A DNA stretch of 64,000 bases from Eledone cirrhosa (lineage: Eukaryota): positions 47,492,001-47,556,000 of the forward strand of contig OZ024740.1 of assembly GCA_964016885.1 (NCBI GenBank), in the 5' to 3' direction. The notes under the pieces are model-generated. The model was not told the origin of the DNA, ran no database searches, and saw only the letters and a list, made by a program, of their open reading frames with translations. The translations under genes and the position numbers were made by a program. Below, in pieces: positions 54,541 through 64,000 of this stretch (positions are counted from its first letter, which is position 1; every line of letters starts with the position of its first letter).

Positions 54541-55750
54541 ATAGACTGCCATCATCATATCACGTAATGAGGCTGTACTTTGTATCATTGTCTCTTTGTA
54601 TGAAAAGCAAATTTTCATTATTACCGCTTGTCAGCTAGAACGCAAAGTGGGCAACAATTGGCGTAGCTGAAAATTGGGAGATAGAGGCTAGTCAATATAT
54701 TGTGAATGCTAGGAAGTTCGTATTCCTTTAAGTTCATCACGCCGTTTACACTCTAACGCCAGAATAAATTCATGTCTGTTCTGACTCCAGTTGTTTCATG
54801 AAACCATGGATAATTTATGCTTTCGGTACGGTTTCCCACTCTCTATTTTCCATACCGTAAAGTTGACACCATTATTGATGTGTAATTGTTTTTCCTTTAT
54901 TATAAAATAATCTCAGGTTTGATGCTTTGTTTATGTGTCAATGTTTATTTTAAAAGAACACGAACTTTTTCTCAATACCTTTTGTCATTTTGAACGTTAA
55001 GTCAATATCAATTGTCATAGTAAATCATACGTCTCAAAATGCTGTTAGTATGGACCATCGGGTAGGTGAACATAAGTTCGATGATGCGTAGACCGATTTT
55101 CTGGAAAGTTATTTAAAATCTCTCATGATGTTAACCTCAGTATTTTACGGGTTATTTTTATATACAGCCATTCTGCTTCCACTCAGTAAAGTTGAAAGAA
55201 CTATTACACCTATGTTTTCAATACGACATGGAGTAATAAATAAGAGCAATTCTGAATGTTTTTGAATCCTTCTAAATGCTGCATATTTTTTATCACTACA
55301 TTTTTTCATATGTTCTTTTAACAGAGCATCAATAATGATTACGTTTCTAAATTACGTAAACTGTCACACAATATGAAATTCTTTACTAAAGATGTTATAT
55401 ATGGGGATTCTTTCTGTTTTTCTCAAGATGTAATTCTTATTGGTATTAATTTGAAATTAAGACAGTGATATATATTAAAATCTGCGTGCTCACCTTATCG
55501 GGAATAATCAGATCAATAACGCCAGGAAAGAGAGAATTCTCTAAAGAGCATTTTTGGTTGAAACTTGGAATTGTAAAACTCTAAACAAATCTACCTGTAC
55601 ATGCCTTCACCAATATCTATTCCAAAAAGAAATCGTGGAACATAGTTTGGATATTGAATTGGTGTAATTTTTAACAGAAACATAATCAATGAAAACCTAT
55701 AAAATGTTCGCATTTTACTCCATAATTAAAAATGTTATCAAATAATTTTG

Positions 55751-55923
55751 GCGGTGAATTGGCAGTATCGGTAAAGGGTCGGACGCCATGCTTTGACGCA
55801 TAGAGTTACGGCCTTGTCATTCTGAGTTCAAATTCCGCCGAGGTTAACTTTGCCTTTCATCCTTACCGGGTCGATAAAATAAAGTACCAGTAATTGCTGG
55901 CCTTGTGCCAATAGTAGAAACAA
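55751..55923 (+). mobile_element. tRNA-SINE (family 1) with 16-bp TSD
   Basis: TTATCAAATAATTTTG at 55735-55750 and 55924-55939. Confidence 0.9.
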
Positions 55924-55953
55924 TTATCAAATAATTTTGTATTTATTACTTAC

Positions 55954-55992
55954 TAACTGATGGTTGAGCGGGGTTTGGTGGATTAGGTGCCA
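55954..55992 (-). CDS. Micro-exon 39 nt xAPNPPNPAQPSV
   Basis: TCTAG / GTAAGT, phase 1-1. Confidence 0.85.
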
Positions 55993-56193
55993 CTAGATTG
56001 AGAGATGAAAATAGTTTTATAGACAACAGTAAATCAAAAATAATTATGTAGCAGTTCTTCCTCTTGCAATGAGTAAATATCCGAAAAATACTTCATTTTT
56101 TAAAGTAACTCAAAATGCCGTGTTTATAGAATCAAAATAATTTTAATTTAGTTTAAGTTGATTAGTCTAGACTTGTATCTATCTTGTATCTAT

Positions 56194-56430
56194 CTTCCGT
56201 AATTATTATGCTTCATCCTTGATATTAGCAGTATAATTGTTAGTCAGTGTCTTATATTCAATTCCTTTGTTGTAAATCAGGTGGAGAGATAGAATAAGTG
56301 AGAGACAAAAGAAAAGACAAAAAGATAACTGACTAAGAGCTAGTGATATATCTCTTTCTATTTTTCTGATACATAAATCTATAAGAAAATAGAGAGAGAT
56401 CTGGGACAATAACCTAGTATCATATGTTTT

Positions 56431-56516
<86 letters not shown>

Positions 56517-56772
56517 TCTCTCTCTCTCTCTTTTTCTTCCGTAATTATTATGCTTCATCCTTGATATTAGCAGTATAATTGTTAGTCAGTGTCTTATATT
56601 CAATTCCTTTGTTGTAAATCAGGTGGAGAGATAGAATAAGTGAGAGACAAAAGAAAAGACAAAAAGATAACTGACTAAGAGCTAGTGATATATCTCTTTC
56701 TATTTTTCTGATACATAAATCTATAAGAAAATAGAGAGAGATCTGGGACAATAACCTAGTATCATATGTTTT

Positions 56773-56829
<57 letters not shown>

Positions 56830-56866
56830 TTCTCTCTCTCTCTCACTCTCTCTCTCTCTCTCTCTT

Positions 56867-56916
<50 letters not shown>
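56194..56916. repeat. 342-bp direct tandem duplication ending in (CT)n
   Basis: 56194-56535 repeated from 56536; unique parts appear identical. Confidence 0.9.
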
Positions 56917-56918
<2 letters not shown>

Positions 56919-58406
56919 GCTTAAGACAACAAACTTAAATATAAGAAACTGACTGTCACTTGTTCTGCTAATTTATGTAGATGAAGCATAACTATGTAGA
57001 AACGAAACCGTCTGGAAATACACGCTTAAAAGAAATTCTAATTAAATTAAACTAAATTAACCATCACTTATAAATATCGCGTTAGAGATACTCGAAAAGC
57101 GAAATAAAATGGTTGACAATAGAAAACATTTCATATGATCTGAATGTAAATTGATTTTTTTTTTCTTCAATCAAAAGGAATTGCAGTGACTGTGATAATT
57201 TTAGGTTCTCGTAGATTAGTTTCATTAGTTTGGTTGCTATTTAGTTTCAGCATGTGTAGGTAGACATATAAACTAAAACAGTAAAATAGAGATGTAATTC
57301 CAGAGTTTAACACTTTAGTTTCTCCTCAATGAGACCATGTTCATAGACTGATATTCCGGGCCACATGCTGATGCTTTATTTTGGTTCATTATCTCGTTGA
57401 ATGTAAAGTCAGGGCTTCCTTACTACCATCTGTCACTTTGGATGTTGAGTCAACTACAATTGTTTTATTAATTATCAATATCACAGACATAAAGATTGTT
57501 TTGGTATGTTATCAACACTAGACAGTTTGATTTTCTCTAAGACAATGACTCTTTTTACACCAAAAACAACAATGTGATCTGACTTTATTTCTCATGTAAT
57601 TGTAGAGAATTTACATTTTAGTACGGTCTCCCACCTCATTTTCTTACCGTAAAATTGACACCATTATTGAGGTGTAAATTCTGCATTTAATATATAGTGA
57701 CGCGCTTGTATCATTTTGAAGGCACAGTTCAATATTTCTTAATGATAAATGTTATGTGGGTTTTTTTCTTTTCTATGTATATTAATTTAGTCTACATGTT
57801 GATATTACCAATATATATGGTACCTATGTACATAACAGATGTTATGTACATAGCAACTGTTTCTACCATCTATAAAAAGCAAATACTCTGAAGGTATTTA
57901 AAAGTCTGAAAATATTCTTAGCTATTATTGTTTAGTCACAGATCATTCCAGCCATAACCATTCCGGTTTTTATGGTATTGCACGCGTTGGATTTGAATGC
58001 AATTTAGTTGTAATAATTTCTAGTTTGGGCGATCCGGTAAAGGCTTTCGTGTTGGTTCAAATTATTTTTAGTTTTTAAGCTTCACTTAGATATAATTACA
58101 ACAGTCTTAAGGCTGAACTTCGGTCTTGGCTTTACCAGATCTTTACGACGGCTAGATCGGTCTGCTAAATATTTCCCAACGGATAGAGGAATCCGGTTTA
58201 TGAAGAGTAAGGCATTTTCCCAGAAATTTAAAATGCTATACAGTGGAATCAAAGCCATGACCTATGAGAAGATATGTTCACTACTCGTCTATTTCATTCT
58301 ATTACAAACATGAAAATCTTACAGCGACAAAAAATCAACTTTATAAGATAGTATAATATAATTTTTAAAAAATATAATATAATTTATATATTATAATAGT
58401 ACGTAC

Positions 58407-58448
58407 TTCTCCACGTATTTGGTGTTATATGATATGGAAAATGTCGGT
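58407..58448 (-). CDS. Micro-exon 42 nt xRHFPYHITPNTWR
   Basis: TTTTTTCTTTGATAG / GTACGT, phase 1-1. Confidence 0.7.
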
Positions 58449-59695
58449 CTATCAAAGAAAAAATTGGTTATAATATAATCATAAAATGTGGTAACAGTCT
58501 ACTATATCGATTCCAGTATTTCACTCGTACTTTATTTTATGAACTTCGAAAGAAGGCGAAGCCGAACTTGGTAGGATTTGAACTCAGAACGTAAAGAGAA
58601 ACTACTAAATACAACATTTTGTCCAACGCTTTAATAATTCAATCTTGTTATAATATCATATTGTAATCATTCTATCACCTTATTAAAGTATAATATGAAC
58701 ATATATTATGATCAATTTGACTTATATTCACTTTATGAACCCTGGCAATAAAGGGAAAATTCAACTCCAGTGATATTTTCACTCATTAGTGAATAGACAT
58801 AACTGTCTCTTCACTTCCTTTTTGAACATTTGAATACACTAAAAACAGTAGATGACAGTAGATAGATTAATTACACCGCGGTACAATAATCAGCCTCACC
58901 CCTTTACATTCCGAGTTCAGATCCTGCTATGATTGACTTACCCTTTCTGTTCCGGAATCAATAAAATAAGTAGCAACAATTTACTGAGTCGATTCAATCA
59001 ATTATAATAGTTCTCTACAAAATATGTGATCTTGTACCAAAATTAGAAAATAGTTTGTAAGGAGATGATTTCGAAATAACAGAAAATGCAAAAGGAAAAC
59101 ATTAATGACTCGAAAGATACAGTTAGTTTTACGAAATATGTTTTTCATATTTCGAAGACGACTTTTGCGTCTCTTTAGAGGAGTGATTAGGCGATCGGCC
59201 ATCAACCAACACAATTGCCTTTACACTGAAAAATTCCATTTAATAGATAGAATTTTCTAGAAACTTCTCGTCCGAAGATAATTCCTTCTTTAAAAACTGT
59301 ACATTAATGTTATACATTCATTCATCTTTATTTCCATTCTGTAGTAGTAGGATCTAGATATAGAAATATAGCAGTGCTTTCAACGTTTCTAACATTGTAC
59401 AAATTCACAAGCATACCAGAACTCAATACCGTTAGCTATTTAAAACTCACGTCAGTGAGCTATTCCGCTCAATGGTACTTGCTAGCTCAGTTAAATGTTT
59501 TCGAGTTAGACATAGTATCAGCAGCATACGAGCAAAAGGACAATCGTTTAACTGTATGTAATCGGGCAGCATAGCTATGTCTGGCTCAAAATGCCAAACA
59601 TTTAATAGACTTAGAAGGTAGGAATATTAGAAAAGACGATTGTTTAATGTACATAATAAATGTCTACATTAAAAGAAATATTAAAATATACTTAC

Positions 59696-59737
59696 AGTAT
59701 AGAGGCAACAAATTTACGTGGTTTGCAACGTTACTGA
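59696..59737 (-). CDS. Micro-exon 42 nt xSNVANHVNLLPLY
   Basis: CAG / GTAAGT, phase 1-1; paralogous to 62153-62194. Confidence 0.8.
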
Positions 59738-59774
59738 CTGTTGATAAAACGGAAACATAAAACATTATTAATAC

Positions 59775-59962
59775 CAGGCGGTGAATTGGCAGTATCGGTA
59801 GAGGGTCGGACGCCATGCTTTGACGCATAGAGTTACGGCCCTTGCCATTCTGTGTTCAAATCCCGCCGAGGTTAACTTTGCCTTTCATCCTTATGGGGTC
59901 GATAACATAAAGTACCAGTAATACACTGGGTAATTGCTGGCCTTGTGCCAAAAGTAGAAACA
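59775..59962 (+). mobile_element. tRNA-SINE (family 1) with TSD ATTATTAATAC
   Basis: TSD at 59764-59774 and 59963-59973. Confidence 0.9.
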
Positions 59963-60161
59963 ATTATTAATACGAAACTGCATATTACTTGTTTATTGAT
60001 TTACAAATTCATAGAAGCAAAAATAACTTTAAGACTGAAGTTTTTTAAAGAACGATAACCTTCCATTGGTGACACTAGGTTAAAAAGGTGAATTTACTTT
60101 TGTTTATATGCCGATTATTACCATACAATCAATACTTCTATTCAAAATATACTGACTACAT

Positions 60162-60199
<38 letters not shown>

Positions 60200-61420
60200 G
60201 CTCTCTCTCTTTCTCTCTCTCTCTCTCCCTCTCCCCTTTTATCGTCCAAGAGATATTTATGAATTTAATCAAATTAAAACGTCTATGACCATTCGTTTTT
60301 ATCTTTTCTCTCGATAAAAGGAATGATATATTTATAAATGTTAATATTATTCAGAGAAACGGGTGCAATCTGTTAACATAAGATGAAAGACAGGCAGAAA
60401 CTTGAAGTTGATTCATCATAACAGCTGATATATGCTGATTAGTATTACTGTGTACATATTTGATCAGCGATGGTTGATTTTAGTTATTCCTAAATGGGAA
60501 AGTTACTTTTACCGACAGACATGGGTACAATGTTTGTGACAAACATTGCAGATATACGTGCAGCTCTTGTATTCTGTCATCGAGGCAACAGCCGTCTCCA
60601 TAGACCCAACACTTAACACCGTCCCAGTCTACCAGTCTCTACGGAAGTTGATATTGATGTTACAGTTATTATTGGTTAGATCCAGGTCAGTCTGATTGAA
60701 TAAACCGGTGATCAAAAGCATTCTAATTCCATTCATGACTTTCCAATCTTTTTATATGAATGTAGGACTAGATTATCTAGTGTGTACTTTCCTTTTCTAA
60801 GATTTGAGGTATATTTGGCTACTATTCCTAACAAGTTGAGTTCCCACATAAAAGCTCATACGTAAGTTCGTTTCTAAAGAGTTTATTGGTCAATCCTGAT
60901 TAAGAAACCCTAATTCAAAGGAATTCCAACAACGACCATCCCATGTTTTTTCTATATCATATACAATGTGCTCTTCTTTATAAAGACATCAGAGATGGTT
61001 TGGGGTAGATTTGGATGTTATTTCTAGTATCTTGAGCTACCAGCTAACTGCTTTTCCCGTGTGTAATGAGATACAACAGGGTTAAGTAAACAGCAGCAAC
61101 GCCGCTGTATAATAACTCACAATTAGAGAAGTTCAAGTTCACTTATGGATAAAATCTGTGTGTGCGTGCGCGTGTTGGTGCGTGGACAATAAGACATAAA
61201 CTCAACAAAGTATATCTTAATTTTAATATATATATAGAGAGAGAGAGAGTAATATATATATATATATAATCTGAATGTGTGTATGTGTGTGTATATGTAT
61301 GTACACATGTCTTTTTCTATATTGCTATATATTTTTATTTTTATCCCGTTATTTTTCCAGCCTCACTTCCAATTTTTAACAGATTTTAAATCTCATTTCA
61401 TATCTTTTAATCTATAACAT

Positions 61421-61475
61421 CTCTGTCTGACGAACGATCCAGACGTCTGTGATCCAGAAACCTTTGGTAATGGAG
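61421..61475 (+). ncRNA. Type I hammerhead ribozyme (family D)
   Basis: CTCTGT-CTGACGA-stemII-GAAA-CC-TTT-GG-TA-ATGGAG; a partial inverted homolog lies at ~25770-25803. Confidence 0.7.
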
Positions 61476-61611
61476 TAGTTATATTTTGTGTTGTTCACTT
61501 TCTAATTAAATATATATATGTATATATATATTACTCTATTACGTGTTCCAGCCGAGAGGCTGAGGCCATTTTGGGGCACCACCATTATATATGTATATAT
61601 ATATATATTGT

Positions 61612-61689
<78 letters not shown>

Positions 61690-62152
61690 GTGTTTATATA
61701 TATATAATATATATAAATATGTATGTATTTATGTACAACAGGATCGGGATTAACTGTGGAAGCTTTATTTATAGCAAAATATAAAGCAACAGTCAACACA
61801 CAATGACAAACTGCACATGGATAATAAACCAGGTGTTAACTGTAGAAGCATTTTAAATCGGTTGCTGCCGGTTTTATCAGTTAAACATTATTCCTATGGT
61901 TTTTTTGTGACCTACTGCGAAGTGCATGGATTTGTGAAGGAAACGCAGATTATTTAATGTATTATGAACTTCCCCAGATAACATAAAATTCATATTAACT
62001 TATTTAGATGGGGATGGCATGAAGTCATCAAGGTCAAAAGTGAAATAGTCTTTATAGGAGGAACATAGATTAGTGTTGACAAAAATGTATATTGAATAAT
62101 TAGATAAATATATATTCAAATGTCCAAGATAGTTATGACAAACGTTACTTAC

Positions 62153-62194
62153 TGTGAAATGGTGACCCATTTATTTGGTTTCCAATATTGCCCA
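62153..62194 (-). CDS. Micro-exon 42 nt xGNIGNQINGSPFH
   Basis: TTTTTTCTCTCAATTCAG / GTAAGT, phase 1-1. Confidence 0.8.
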
Positions 62195-62776
62195 CTGAAT
62201 TGAGAGAAAAAAATGTGTACATTAACTGTTTAAAGAAAACATACATCTTGAATTTACTAAATTTACTAATTATTTTGAGGGTCGGTATTTTAGGAGGGGA
62301 GATAATTGGGTAGATTTGTGTTCATTTCTAATTTACGTCTGTTATCAGTGTATTTAGAATCAAATGAGTTTTAGCTAGAATTTGAACTCGCTTGACGTAG
62401 AAATAAACAGTGAGTTCACTTTTTACCTTACGGCACAACCCAGGTGCATGTTTTATGTTGCATTGTTTTGTTACGAATATTTAATTATTAAAATATCAAT
62501 GTTATATTGAGTTTAATATTTCTCATCGACAACAAGAAGTGGAAAGTTTCCGCTGAATTAACCACTTCATTAATGCAGAGAATGGAACCATTTGGTATAT
62601 TAGAGAAAACACTGTCTAATGTGTCCTTATTATAAGATGGCTGTATGTGATATGGGGGAAATTTAGCAGCAATTTTTCCATCAAAACAAGCGACAGCATA
62701 GAAACTACTTGTTGACTCCAATACCTTCCTCAACCTTATATGAGCAGTAAAGATGAAAAGATTTTAAATGACTTAC

Positions 62777-62794
62777 TAGCTTCAGCCTCGGGAT
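62777..62794 (-). CDS. Micro-exon 18 nt xPEAEA
   Basis: TTTTTGTTGACAG / GTAAGT, phase 1-1. Confidence 0.7.
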
Positions 62795-62835
62795 CTGTCA
62801 ACAAAAATTAGAAAGAGCATATATAATAGTAAAAA

Positions 62836-63314
<479 letters not shown>

Positions 63315-64000
63315 AATATGCATGCCATTTATCAACCTCGGCGGGATTTAAACTCAGATCGTAAAAGGACATAATGTCCGTTTACAATTGTTTCGCTACT
63401 CCATATAATATTTCTGGATCAGATGACTATATATCATAATTGATCTGGTTCAGTTGAAAATAATTAACATAGTTCATCGGAACGTCAAAGGAATATAGAT
63501 GAAAATAATGAGATAATGTTACATAATATAATTGTTTCTACTTTTGGCACAAGGCCAGCAATTACCCAGTACATTACTAATATAATGTTCCATATATTGG
63601 TTTTTACTATGGTGTCTTGGTTGCATCAGTTGTCAGCCATAATCAAGCAGTATTCATCTGTCGAGGCTGCATTGTGTGAGATCTGCCTATGGGTAACAAG
63701 ATGGCTACCAAAGGGTATATTTACCTTACTAATTAGAGGGTGGTTTCAGGGGAAGTAACTTCTCGAGAGATTAGAAATTGTGGGTGTTTATAGTTAAGTG
63801 CTAATTTTAAAAAAAATTTTAATTGAGAGACAATGTAGGGGAGGTAACTTATAATTATCGAGTTGTTCATAACAATTTAACTTATTAGCTACAAGTAAAA
63901 ATGGGGCTACATGATTAAGTTGGGTCAAAAATTCTATTGGCGAAGGAATTAGCCCTTCGATGTTGACAGCTAATAGTTACCTCCGTTCTATCGTTAATCG

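Noticed and set aside
63719-63760. Possible additional upstream micro-exon
   Set aside because: Candidate lengths (29 or 34 nt) break the frame and the acceptor is weak

Overview
AT-rich, microsatellite-laden eukaryotic DNA. The SINE families and (TA)n/(CA)n density suggest an octopod cephalopod (inferred, not verified). Almost all supplied ORFs are microsatellite noise or transposon relics: Penelope-like elements (PLEs) carrying hammerhead ribozymes, RTE and CRE-type LINEs, a Tigger/pogo relic and tRNA-SINEs. The main signal, missed by the ORF track, is one minus-strand gene spanning the window. It has an array of about 23 micro-exons between 62.8 and 34.7 kb. The intact ones are 18-45 nt, multiples of 3 and phase 1-1, and most encode Pro/Thr-rich 10-15-aa modules. 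Part of the array grew as a ~2.25-kb tandem repeat (39.5-49.7 kb) whose introns are nearly identical while one exon class is strongly diversified. Downstream lie large exon-like blocks with many stops and frameshifts that resemble ZP-N repeats and a ZP-C domain, followed by an RxxR site and an EHP-like motif; this ZP reading is a by-eye inference. The locus may be a micro-exon variable-protein system built on a decaying ZP-module gene.
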